Shown: positions 1 through 8,516, numbered from the stretch's first letter. The stretch is 35,987 nucleotides of DNA from a virus (IMGVR_UViG_3300037307_000890:1-35987); one strand, 5' to 3'. The notes: generated from the sequence alone by a model not told the origin. Numbers and translations are program-made.

Positions 1-133
1 CCTCCGCTCCGCGCGTTGTGCCTGCGATGCACGTGAAGCCACTCGACATCGTGCACAAGCCGCCCGGCAGCGCGAAAGTATGGCCCAATCGGCCAACTAG
101 GCACCGGCCGCCGCCGCCACCACCCTTGAGGGC

Positions 134-223
134 ATGACGGCGCGCTGGTCCGATCCACACCGACTCCCGATTCCCCCCATCGGGTACGTCCGCGCCGTCA
201 ACACCTCCGGGGCGTCGCGATGA
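134..223 (+). CDS. Possible 29-aa leader peptide
   Basis: ATG at 134 after GAGGG; its TGA overlaps the next ATG (ATGA at 220-223). No recognisable motif. Confidence 0.3.
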   Translation: MTARWSDPHRLPIPPIGYVRAVNTSGASR

Positions 224-345
224 ACGGGGTCGAGCTCGTCCTGGCGTTCCTCGCCGGTGTGGTCATGGGCGGTGCCCTCGACCGCTTCGTGCTGCCGCTC
301 CTCGTCGACGCATGGATCGACCGCTTGCGCCGGCATGGGCGATGA
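220..345 (+). CDS. Small membrane protein, 41 aa (lysis-module accessory)
   Basis: My translation MNGVELVLAFLAGVVMGGALDRFVLPLLVDAWIDRLRRHGR has a hydrophobic N-terminus and basic tail and overlaps the next start; below the ORF-track cutoff. Confidence 0.6.
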   Translation: MNGVELVLAFLAGVVMGGALDRFVLPLLVDAWIDRLRRHGR

Positions 346-565
346 GCGTCGTGACGATGCGGCAGACCACCGCCGGGCCGACGTCTACAGCTCGGCCCGG
401 ATCGGCGCGGCTGCCGCGCTCACCCTGGTCCTGGTCGTGCTCCTCGTCCTCGACGTCGCTGTCCCCGACTACGACATCAGTCCCGGCATCCTCCTGCCGC
501 TGCTCGGCGCGATCTGTGCGCTCCTGGGCCTCGAGGCCTCCGCAGTCTGGCGTGGCGTGAGGTGA
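335..565 (+). CDS. Holin-like two-TM membrane protein
   Basis: Start re-called to ATG 335; two hydrophobic segments (IGAAAALTLVLVVLLVLDVAV, GILLPLLGAICALLGL); stop overlaps the endolysin GTG. Confidence 0.65.
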   Translation: MGDERRDDAADHRRADVYSSARIGAAAALTLVLVVLLVLDVAVPDYDISPGILLPLLGAICALLGLEASAVWRGVR

Positions 566-1569
566 CGATCTACTGGGTCGGCTCACCCAAGTTCACCTCG
601 GGCCACCCGGCCCCGCTCATCGCGCTTGTCCATCACCGCATGGTCGGCACCCTGCGCTCGACCGACTCGGCGTTCACCTCGACCGACGGACGCGAGGCCT
701 CGACCCACTTCGGCGTCGGCTACGGCTGCGGCCGGACAGGGCACCCGACCACGGCGCACGTCCACCAGTACGTGCGCCTCGGCGACCAGGCCTGGGGCAA
801 CGGCAACTGGGACCCCTCGGGCGCCTGGGACGACCGCTACCCGACAACGCTCGTCAACAGCCGCACGATCAGCATCGAGCACCACGACAACGGCGGCCGC
901 ACCCCAGGCTCCGGCAAGGGCGTCGTGCCGGAAGCCGTCATCACAGCGTCGATCGCGCTCGATGCCCTCCTGCTGCGCGGCGACCCGGGCGAGCTCAAGG
1001 GCGCCGGGATCCGGTTCCGGGCCGGCACGGAAGATGCGATCACCCGCGAGCTCCGGGCGATCCCGATCGACCGCCACCACCTCATCGACCACCACTACAT
1101 CGCAGGACGGCTCAAGCCCTCCTGCTGGCGGCCCTGGGCGGACGATCCTGTGGGCTTCCCGCAGGCCCGCTACCTCGCCGCCCTGGCACCAGCGCCACCC
1201 GCTGGGGAGGAGACCGTGAACAGCTACCCCGTGCCCACCGTTCCGAGCATCGCCACCGTGCCCGCAGGCACCTGGCTGTACGCGACGTCTACGCTCGAAC
1301 CCTCGCCCGACAATATCTGTGTCGACCCGGGGCGCGACATGCCCTATCTCGGCCAGCCGACGAGCACGGTCCGCATCGTCGAGTACGTCGATGCGAAGGG
1401 GGTCCACCAGGGTCGCGCGATGTTCGCGAAGGCGTCCGAGGTCACCACCATCCGCCCGGCGCCCGACCCGACGCCGTTCGGCCAAGCGCAGGTCGATGCC
1501 GCCGCGAAGACCGCGGCTGCGTCGGTTAAGGCCGCGAGCATCGCTGCCGCGGCAAAGTACGGAGGGTGA
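562..1569 (+). CDS. Endolysin, N-acetylmuramoyl-L-alanine amidase (Amidase_2-like) with C-terminal domain
   Basis: Motifs VHHRMVG, STHFGVG, QAWGNG, NSRTISIEH and late H...C zinc ligands; Pro/Ala linker; flanked by membrane proteins. Confidence 0.85.
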   Translation: MTIYWVGSPKFTSGHPAPLIALVHHRMVGTLRSTDSAFTSTDGREASTHFGVGYGCGRTGHPTTAHVHQYVRLGDQAWGNGNWDPSGAWDDRYPTTLVNSRTISIEHHDNGGRTPGSGKGVVPEAVITASIALDALLLRGDPGELKGAGIRFRAGTEDAITRELRAIPIDRHHLIDHHYIAGRLKPSCWRPWADDPVGFPQARYLAALAPAPPAGEETVNSYPVPTVPSIATVPAGTWLYATSTLEPSPDNICVDPGRDMPYLGQPTSTVRIVEYVDAKGVHQGRAMFAKASEVTTIRPAPDPTPFGQAQVDAAAKTAAASVKAASIAAAAKYGG

Positions 1570-1760
1570 CCGTGATGGATAGCCAGCCCGGCACGATCTG
1601 GGGACGGGAGCCGGCGATGGTCCTCGCCCTCGTCCAGGCGGTCATCGCCCTGGTCGTGGCGTTCGGCCTCAACCTCGCGCCCGACCAGATCGGCGCGATC
1701 CTCGCGGTCACCGCGGTGGTGCTCGGACTCATCACCCGGAGCCGGGTGAGCCCAGCGTGA
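1566..1760 (+). CDS. Holin (actinophage-like, two TM)
   Basis: REPA start, two hydrophobic helices, RSRVSP end; directly coupled to the endolysin; several possible starts (GTG-ACC-GTG-ATG). Confidence 0.8.
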   Translation: MTVMDSQPGTIWGREPAMVLALVQAVIALVVAFGLNLAPDQIGAILAVTAVVLGLITRSRVSPA

Positions 1761-2023
1761 AGGACGGGTACCTGCGCGGCTCGCTCCCGCGGACGCCGAC
1801 CGCCCGGCAGGTCGACGTCCTCGCAGCCTTCGTGGCGGCTGGAGGGTCCGTTGCCGATGCGGCGGCGCGGGTCGGGATACGGCCGAGCACCGCAAAGCGG
1901 CACCTGGCCGACCTCCGGGCGAGATCGGGCCTCACCACGGAGCAGCTGATCTATCGCGGGCGGGCGGAGGGCTGGCTGGTGGTGGCGGGGCTGGAGCCCG
2001 GGCGTACGCCGCCGGCGGCTTGA
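1757..2023 (+). CDS. Stand-alone LuxR/GerE-type helix-turn-helix protein
   Basis: TARQVDVL...SVADAAARVGIRPSTAKRHLADLRARSG...GWL follows the LuxR C-terminal HTH pattern. Confidence 0.7.
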   Translation: MKDGYLRGSLPRTPTARQVDVLAAFVAAGGSVADAAARVGIRPSTAKRHLADLRARSGLTTEQLIYRGRAEGWLVVAGLEPGRTPPAA

Positions 2024-2796
2024 CTTCGGAACCCATACTCGCCCGCGTGGACACCCTGCGAGCCGAGATCCTCCGCGAGTACGACGCGCGCGAGTGCGCC
2101 ATCAACCCCTTCATCGGGCGGGCGTTCGAAGATGCCGAAGCAGGTGCCTTGCGGGTGATGACGATCGGCATCAACGCGTACCTCAATTCAGCGGACTGGC
2201 CGAACCAGAAGCCTGGCTGGTTCGCCGCCTGGTTCGACGAGGGGAAGCATCCGTTCGACCGCGCCGTTGCTCGCGATGCCAGCACGGTCGCGAGCAGCCT
2301 CGTATCCGATTCCCGGCTCTACTCCGGGCTCGCCTTCCGTGGCAAGGCGAGCATCTTCCATACGAACGCGATCAAGACCTACCTGCCCGAAGCGATCGGC
2401 AAGCGGTCCGACCAGATCTCGCCGCAGCGGTACGTCGGGCACCGAGCGACCTGGCACGCCGAGTTCGAGATCATGGCGAGGCACGGGGTTCTGCCACACG
2501 TCGTCATCGTCTTTGGGCGCCCCTTTTGGGAATGGGCCTGGCAGGCGTTCCATCGGCAATACCGACCGGCCTCGACCGGCATCACGGTGCGCCGCTTCAC
2601 GCCTGCCTCCGGTGATGGCCTCCATTACGCGAACCTGGTCGATCTCGAGGGCGCGGGTGGGAGCCACCCCCTCGCGCTGCTCGGGTTGCGCCATCCCTCG
2701 GCTCGAGCCACAAGCAAGGCGTCCCCGGAGTGGCTCTTCTCGCTGCCGGAAGTGAGGCGGCTGCTCGGCATGCAGCCCGAGAAGACCGCGGTCTGA
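2020..2796 (+). CDS. Uracil-DNA glycosylase-superfamily-like protein (moron)
   Basis: Ordered motifs VMTIGIN, FHTNAIK, PHVVIVFG and LRHPS match UDG-fold topology; TTG start overlapping the upstream stop; more A/T-ending codons than its neighbours. Confidence 0.6.
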   Translation: MTSEPILARVDTLRAEILREYDARECAINPFIGRAFEDAEAGALRVMTIGINAYLNSADWPNQKPGWFAAWFDEGKHPFDRAVARDASTVASSLVSDSRLYSGLAFRGKASIFHTNAIKTYLPEAIGKRSDQISPQRYVGHRATWHAEFEIMARHGVLPHVVIVFGRPFWEWAWQAFHRQYRPASTGITVRRFTPASGDGLHYANLVDLEGAGGSHPLALLGLRHPSARATSKASPEWLFSLPEVRRLLGMQPEKTAV

Positions 2797-2954
2797 GATC
2801 AGACGCTCAGCACTCGGAGGCGTATCGGCCGTCAATCAGGACTTACCTCGGTAGACGCAAACCGGCACGAGAGCGCGCTGGCCAGAGCCTCGTCCCTCGC
2901 GCGTAGCACCCGGAGCGAATAGACCCCGGCACGCCATCCCCTGACGATTCGCGG

Positions 2955-3428
2955 GTGAAGCTGTGCAGGGTCTGCGGTGTCGTAACCAGCCGCGCTGGTA
3001 GTCGCTGCACCGAGCACGCCCGCCAGTCCAACCGCAGCCGGCACAACTCCCTCTACAGCACGCGCCCCTGGCAACGGCTCAGCGCACGTGTCCTGCGCGC
3101 CTGGAGGGGTGAGCACGGCGACTGGTGTCCTGGCTACGGTCGGCCCGCCCACGGGGCCGCCGACCTGACCGTCGACCACGTCGTGCCGCTCGCTGCTGGC
3201 GGTGCGCCGTTCGAGCCCGCGAACACGTCGGTGCTCTGCCGGTCGTGCAACTCGACGAAGGGTGCGTCGACCGGGGGCGGGGTAGCCCACACGGGCAGGC
3301 ACTCGCCCGCTGACCGCGCCCGGCGACTGTGTGCGCACGGCCGGGTTTCGCGATTCTTGTCACTCGCTGATCGGGGACCCGGCGAGGTTCGCCCGTGGGC
3401 GCCCACGTTGGCCCACGTGGCGCGGTGA
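2955..3428 (+). CDS. HNH endonuclease (packaging-associated, HK97 gp74-like)
   Basis: CRVC..RC..H N-terminus, Y...W..L, TVDHVVPL..GG....N..LCRSCNSTK; lies upstream of terminase; sequence after about 3270 is probably a non-conserved tail. Confidence 0.85.
   Translation: MKLCRVCGVVTSRAGSRCTEHARQSNRSRHNSLYSTRPWQRLSARVLRAWRGEHGDWCPGYGRPAHGAADLTVDHVVPLAAGGAPFEPANTSVLCRSCNSTKGASTGGGVAHTGRHSPADRARRLCAHGRVSRFLSLADRGPGEVRPWAPTLAHVAR
3272..3420. other. Candidate cos/packaging-site region
   Basis: G-run straight after the HNH core, perfect 14-bp palindrome CGTGGGCGCCCACG (3394-3407) and repeated GCCCACGT; position typical for cos phages with HNH plus P27 terminase. Positional inference only. Confidence 0.25.
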
Positions 3429-3464
3429 CCATCGGCGTGGCCAACAACGCGACCGAACGGAGAA

Positions 3465-3490
3465 GGGCCCCGGGCTGGCGCCCGGGGCCC
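3465..3490 (-). terminator. Intrinsic terminator-like hairpin for the minus-strand genes
   Basis: Perfect 10-bp stem GGGCCCCGGG-ctggcg-CCCGGGGCCC, followed on the minus strand by TTCTCCGTT, 24 bp after the 3515 stop. Confidence 0.6.
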
Positions 3491-3514
3491 GAGGGTCGGC
3501 TGGGGACGTCCCGC

Positions 3515-3784
3515 CTACGCGGCGTCGCCCTCCGCCTCGCCGGCCACCTTGCTGCGGCGCCTGGCCTTGGCCGGGACCGGCTCGGGCTCGGCCGCCTCCG
3601 CCTCGGCCGCCTTCCTTGCGATCGACGCCTTGCGGAGCGCGTTCGTGTAGGCGTTCCAGTGGGTCTTGCACATCCGCCCGAGCCCATCCTTCTGGCTGGG
3701 CTGGGCCGGGAACTCGGTGACCGGCGCCTCGTGCGCCTCGATCCCGAACCGCTCCGACCCGATGCACTTGCGCATGTCCGCCAT
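3515..3784 (-). CDS. Small hypothetical protein with Cys/His motif
   Basis: AAAGGA RBS then ATG at 3784; RKC...H...F......DGL..MCK.H pattern resembling zinc-binding modules; charged tail. Confidence 0.65.
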   Translation of the reverse strand: MADMRKCIGSERFGIEAHEAPVTEFPAQPSQKDGLGRMCKTHWNAYTNALRKASIARKAAEAEAAEPEPVPAKARRRSKVAGEAEGDAA

Positions 3785-3886
3785 GGCGTCCGTCCTTTCG
3801 CTCGGCGACGCGCATCTCGCGTCGCGGCGGACATCCATCACGCTGTCGTCGCGGCGATGCAAGGCCGAAGATCGGCGGTCGGCTCG

Positions 3887-4441
3887 TCAGTCGTCGATGG
3901 CGGGCGCCAGGGAGTTCGCGAACGGGATCGCGCCGAACTGCTGGCGATGAGCGTCGATCAGCGTCCCTTCGTAGCCGCTGGGCGTGCGAGGGGGTTCGAT
4001 CACTCGCCAGGCGATGAGCAGGGACGCGGAGTCAGCCAGCTGCCACGTCGGGTAGCCGCCCGAGTGGCGGGCATTGGAGCCGGCCCCGAACCGAATGTAG
4101 GCGCTCACCCGCTTTCGAAGGCTGTTGTCAGACATCGGCGTCGGGCGGTCGGCCTTGCCGATGTAGACGACGCGGGAATCGGGTATCCATCGCCGTCTGA
4201 GGGTCGCCAGCGGCAGGGTCAGATCGCCCCGCCACTGCCCGGCCGGGCTGGAGCGCAGGAACGAGACAGGACGATCGCTGTCCCGGAAGGCGAGGTACAC
4301 GCCGACAGCGTCCCGCGGGACGGGTGCGGCGATGGGCCGCGATACGCGCAGATCGTCCACACGAACGAACCCAACGAAGCCGAGGCGCTCAAGGGCAGCT
4401 CGGCTGAAGTCGCCTGGGTCGAGCGTCCTAGAGCCAGCCAC
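3887..4441 (-). CDS. GIY-YIG nuclease-family protein
   Basis: GVY...VVYIGKA...LRKR...E..LI....PFAN; start re-called to GTG 4441, overlapping the end of the upstream ORF. Confidence 0.7.
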   Translation of the reverse strand: MAGSRTLDPGDFSRAALERLGFVGFVRVDDLRVSRPIAAPVPRDAVGVYLAFRDSDRPVSFLRSSPAGQWRGDLTLPLATLRRRWIPDSRVVYIGKADRPTPMSDNSLRKRVSAYIRFGAGSNARHSGGYPTWQLADSASLLIAWRVIEPPRTPSGYEGTLIDAHRQQFGAIPFANSLAPAIDD

Positions 4442-4655
4442 GGCGAGCGAGATAGTCGGCGAGCCGAGCCGATGCCGCCGTCTTCTGGCCGAGGACGAGG
4501 GATCGACCGTCGTCCCACTGGGCCGAGATCGCATCGGGCGACCTGCCGAGTTGGGACGCAAGCGCCTCCCGCTCCGGCCTTGATGGAGGCGTTGGCTGGG
4601 TCGGTGGATGGTCCCGGAAGATCGCCTCGTACTCCGCCTCGGTCCACGCTTGCAC
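4428..4655 (-). CDS. Small Myb/HTH-like protein
   Basis: GAGGGGG then GTG at 4655; WTEAE...LASQLGRSPDAISAQW pattern. Confidence 0.55.
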   Translation of the reverse strand: MQAWTEAEYEAIFRDHPPTQPTPPSRPEREALASQLGRSPDAISAQWDDGRSLVLGQKTAASARLADYLARRGWL

Positions 4656-4713
4656 TGCTGCCCCCTCGTCGACTGACTCCGTCAGCTCGGAGCGTAGCCG
4701 GGTACGTCGTTCG

Positions 4714-6054
4714 ATGACGACCGCGAACGCGGGCTGGCGCAACCGGATCGCCGGGTCCGGCGAGGAGGCGCCCGATCAGCTCCTCGCCAACCCGGCGAAC
4801 TGGCGGATACACCCCAAGGCGCAGCAGGACGCCCTCGCCGGCGCGCTCGATGCGGTCGGCTGGGTCCAGCAGGTGCTCGTCAACCGGCGGACTGGCTTCG
4901 TCGTCGACGGCCACGCCCGGGTGGCACTCGCCCTCTCCCGCGGCGAGCCGACCGTGCCGGTGCTGTACGTCGACCTCGCGCCGGACGAGGAGGCCCTCGT
5001 CTTCGCGACCCTCGATCCGATCGGCGCGATGGCCGGGCGCGACGACGAGAAGCTCAAGGCGCTCCTCGCGGACGTCACCGTCGACGACGCCGGCCTCCTC
5101 GCGCTGCTCGGCGACCTCGGCGGCCATGAGCCGAAGGCCGGGCTCACCGACCCCGACGAGGTCCCCGAGCCGCCCGATGAGCCGTACGTCAAGCCCGGGG
5201 AGCTGTACCGGCTCGGCGACCATCGGATCCTGTGCGGCGACGCGACGGACCCCGATGCCGTCGCTCGACTCCTCGACGGGGCGGCACCGACCCTGCTCGC
5301 GACCGACCCGCCCTACGGCGTCCAGCTCGACCAGACCTGGCGCGACGGCGTCTACAACGGCCCGCGCAAGCGGGTGAAGGGCTGGGGCGTCGTCGCCGGC
5401 GCGGCGAAGCCGTACATGATGGCCGAGGCCCCCGAGGACGCCGAGGCCCCGAAGCCCAAGCGCGGCCACCACACCGCCGGCCACCGCAACACGTCGATCA
5501 GCATGGACGTCCGGGCCGACTGGTCCGAGGCGTTCGCTCTCGTGCCGTCGCTCCGGGTTGGCTACGTCTGGTACGCGAGCATCCACACCCTCGAGGTCCT
5601 GTCGGGCCTCGAGCGGATCGGCTTCGAGCTGGCCGGCCAGATCATCTGGGACAAGGGCCTCTTCTCGGTCGGACGCTCCTGGTACCACTGGGCCCACGAG
5701 CCGTGCGTTGTCGTCCGCCGGCCGGGCGTGCCGAACCTGTTCATCGGCGAGCGCGACCAGTCGACGATCTGGCGAGCGCCGTCGCCGAAACGGATCGGCG
5801 GCGGGAGCAAGGAGCACAAGGAGGACCACCCGACCCAGAAGCCGGTGCTCCTGTCCGAGATCCCGATCCGCAACCACCTCCGTCCGGGCGAGGCCGTCTA
5901 CGAGCCCTTCTCGGGTTCGGGCACAACGCTGATGGCCGCCGAGACCCTCGGTCGCCGCTGCTACGCGATGGAGATCGACCCCAAGTACGTCCAGGTCGCC
6001 CTCGAGCGCTGGCAGCGCTTCACCGGCAAGACCGCGGAGCGCGTCGATGGGTAG
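4714..6054 (+). CDS. DNA methyltransferase (N6A/N4C, beta-class order) with N-terminal ParB-like domain
   Basis: NPANWRIHP and VVDGHAR (ParB-like); LGDHRILCGD, TDPPY, HPTQKP, EPFSGSGTT, EIDPKY. Confidence 0.92.
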   Translation: MTTANAGWRNRIAGSGEEAPDQLLANPANWRIHPKAQQDALAGALDAVGWVQQVLVNRRTGFVVDGHARVALALSRGEPTVPVLYVDLAPDEEALVFATLDPIGAMAGRDDEKLKALLADVTVDDAGLLALLGDLGGHEPKAGLTDPDEVPEPPDEPYVKPGELYRLGDHRILCGDATDPDAVARLLDGAAPTLLATDPPYGVQLDQTWRDGVYNGPRKRVKGWGVVAGAAKPYMMAEAPEDAEAPKPKRGHHTAGHRNTSISMDVRADWSEAFALVPSLRVGYVWYASIHTLEVLSGLERIGFELAGQIIWDKGLFSVGRSWYHWAHEPCVVVRRPGVPNLFIGERDQSTIWRAPSPKRIGGGSKEHKEDHPTQKPVLLSEIPIRNHLRPGEAVYEPFSGSGTTLMAAETLGRRCYAMEIDPKYVQVALERWQRFTGKTAERVDG

Positions 6055-6544
6055 GAGGGGGCCGGCCCCGGTGCCGACGAAGGTCATGCGCCTGCGGGGC
6101 GAGACCCGCCCCTCGCGGCTCAACCACACCGAGCCGCTGCCCCGGAGCGACCTGCCGCGGATGCCCGCCGACATGGACGCCGACGCCAAGGTCGTCTGGC
6201 GCCGGGTGCTGCGGGACATGGGCCCGACCGGCGTCATCCGTGCTGCGGACGCCGACGTCCTGCGCTGCTACTGCGAGGCCGTCAGCCGGTACGCGGCCGC
6301 GGCCCGCGTGTACGGCCAGACCGGGCCGCTCGTCCGGGGCCGGCACGGCGCGGAGCTCGTCAAGAACCCGCTCCACCAGGTCGTCCGCGACAACGCCGAC
6401 GAGGTCCGCCAGTTCGCCCGCGAGCTCGGCCTCTCGCCATCGGCCAGGGTCGGCCTCCGGATCGAGCCCGAGCGCGCCCACGACTCGCTCACCGCCGACA
6501 TCGGGCTCCCGCCGCGGCTTCGGGTGGTCGGCGATGTGGGCTGA
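6047..6544 (+). CDS. terS: Terminase small subunit, P27 family
   Basis: GRRGPAPVPT..LRG, W.R, YCEA, KNP, ELGLSPSAR. Confidence 0.9.
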   Translation: MGRRGPAPVPTKVMRLRGETRPSRLNHTEPLPRSDLPRMPADMDADAKVVWRRVLRDMGPTGVIRAADADVLRCYCEAVSRYAAAARVYGQTGPLVRGRHGAELVKNPLHQVVRDNADEVRQFARELGLSPSARVGLRIEPERAHDSLTADIGLPPRLRVVGDVG

Positions 6545-6547
6545 GCG

Positions 6548-8068
6548 TTGGTCCCCGATGCCCTCACCGGCGGCCCCCACTTCGCCGCGTACTGCGAGCG
6601 CTACATCCGCCACACGAAGGGCCGCTGGGCCGGCCGACCCCTCGTCTACGAGGACTGGCAGCGCGAGTTCTGGTGGGAGGCGCTCGAGTTCGACCCGGCG
6701 ACCGGTCTGCGGATCTACAACGAGGTCGGCCTCGGCGTCCCGCGCAAGAACACAAAGTCCACGATGGCCAGCGCCGCCGGCTTGTACATGCTCGACGCTG
6801 ACGGCGAGCCCGAGCCCGAGGTCTACGTCGCCGCGGCCGCCCGCAACCAGGCCGGCATCGTGCTTGGGCAGGCCCGGAGCATGGTCAGCCGCAGCCCGCT
6901 CCTGCTCGACCGCCTCGTCCCCCACCGCTACGTCATCGAGTGCCCGCGCAACGGCGGGATCATGCGGAGCCTCAGCTCCGACGCCGCCCTCCAGCACGGC
7001 CTCAACCCGTCGGCCAACATCGTCGACGAGCTCCACGCCCACAAGAGCGCCGAGCTGTACACGGCACTCACCACTGGCACCGGCGCTCGAGAGCAGCCCT
7101 TCACGCTCTGGATCACGACGGCGGGCGTCGCGGGCGAGGGGATCCTCGCCGAGCTGTTCGAGTCGATGTTCACCGGATCGGGCGAGCTCGAGGATCGCGG
7201 CTCGCTGCTCATCTACCGCGACCGCGTCAACGGCACCCTCATCTACTGGTACGGCGCTCCGCGCGACGCCGACATCGAGGACCCCGCGGTCTGGTACGCC
7301 GCGAACCCCGTCAGCTGGCTGCACGACGGCAAGTACCTGGGCGCCCAGTTCGCGCGCCTCCGGGCCCGTGGCGCGCTCCTCGAGTGGCGCCGCTACCACC
7401 TCAACCAGTTCGTCGGGTTCGAGGACGCCTGGCTCCGCGACGGTGCCTGGCGCGACACGACCGGCGACCTGCCGCTCAACCCCGCGCTCCCGATCGGCGT
7501 CGGCATCGACCGCAGTCCTGGCGGCGAGCAGGGCGCGATCGCGGTTGCCCAGCGCCAGGGGGAGCGGGTCGTGGTGAGGGCCCAGGTGTTCGCGCCCGAG
7601 TCGACGACCGGCGTCGCGTCGAGCGAGGCGATGCGCGTCCGCCTGCGGGAGCTGCGCGCCGCCTACCCGGCGCCGCAGGCCCGCGACGAGCGGACGAAGC
7701 GGGCGCTGCCCGGGCCCGCCTTCGCGTACGACCGCCAGGCGTTCGGCGAGTCGGCCGAGATGCTCGGCCACGACGGGCTGAACATGGTCGAAGTCCCGAT
7801 GACGGCCGCGGTCCTGGGCCCGCCGTCCACGCTCGCCTACGAGCTGATCACGACCGGGCGCCTCGTCCACGAGGCCGACCCGATTCTCGCCGAGCACGTC
7901 GCGAACACGACCGCGGTCCTCACCGACCGGGGCATGAAGGTCACCCGGTCCAAGCACGGCTCGACGCGCCCCAACGTCGCCGCGGTCGCGATGGTCCGGG
8001 CGATCGCCATGGCCATGCTCGAGCCGCCCCCGGCGCCCAAGCCCCGCGTCATCGGGAGCTTCCGATGA
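6548..8068 (+). CDS. terL: Terminase large subunit (Terminase_1-like)
   Basis: HTKG.WAG.P...WQ, Walker A variant PRKNTKST, VDELH, ITTAG, ANP, R.HLNQ, GID, YD. Confidence 0.93.
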   Translation: MVPDALTGGPHFAAYCERYIRHTKGRWAGRPLVYEDWQREFWWEALEFDPATGLRIYNEVGLGVPRKNTKSTMASAAGLYMLDADGEPEPEVYVAAAARNQAGIVLGQARSMVSRSPLLLDRLVPHRYVIECPRNGGIMRSLSSDAALQHGLNPSANIVDELHAHKSAELYTALTTGTGAREQPFTLWITTAGVAGEGILAELFESMFTGSGELEDRGSLLIYRDRVNGTLIYWYGAPRDADIEDPAVWYAANPVSWLHDGKYLGAQFARLRARGALLEWRRYHLNQFVGFEDAWLRDGAWRDTTGDLPLNPALPIGVGIDRSPGGEQGAIAVAQRQGERVVVRAQVFAPESTTGVASSEAMRVRLRELRAAYPAPQARDERTKRALPGPAFAYDRQAFGESAEMLGHDGLNMVEVPMTAAVLGPPSTLAYELITTGRLVHEADPILAEHVANTTAVLTDRGMKVTRSKHGSTRPNVAAVAMVRAIAMAMLEPPPAPKPRVIGSFR

Positions 8069-8076
8069 TGGCCCGG

Positions 8077-8490
8077 CTAGAGCTCCACGAGGCCAGCTGG
8101 CGTCGAGCGAAAGCCACAGGCCTCGTAGAAGGGCACCAGGTCCTCGTCGTAGTCGGCGTGGAGCCATTCGCGGCCTGCGTTCCTGGCTTCCCGCTTAGCG
8201 ACTGCCAAGAGTTCGCGCCCGATGCCGCGGCGGCGTGTCCGCTTCGCAACGAGGGTGTCAACGATGAAGGCGTGGACACCACCGTCCCAGGGGACGTTCA
8301 CGAAACCGACCAGAGTGTCCTCGTCATCTCGCGCAACCACCCAACCGAGACTGTGGCGCTCCACCTGCACACGCCAGTCATCGCTGAGGGGTCGGTGGCC
8401 GAAGCCTTCAGCGTGAAGCGCGTTCAGTTCGTCGTTCGTGAACTCGCCCCGCCACTCGTATCGGGTCGCATCCATTCGCTGAGTCGTCAT
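8077..8490 (-). CDS. GNAT-family N-acetyltransferase (moron)
   Basis: LVGFV, RRRGIG acetyl-CoA loop, PFYEACGF; antisense, between terminase and portal. Confidence 0.88.
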   Translation of the reverse strand: MTTQRMDATRYEWRGEFTNDELNALHAEGFGHRPLSDDWRVQVERHSLGWVVARDDEDTLVGFVNVPWDGGVHAFIVDTLVAKRTRRRGIGRELLAVAKREARNAGREWLHADYDEDLVPFYEACGFRSTPAGLVEL

Positions 8491-8516
8491 TCCGTCATGG
8501 TAGGGGGGCAGGGCTG

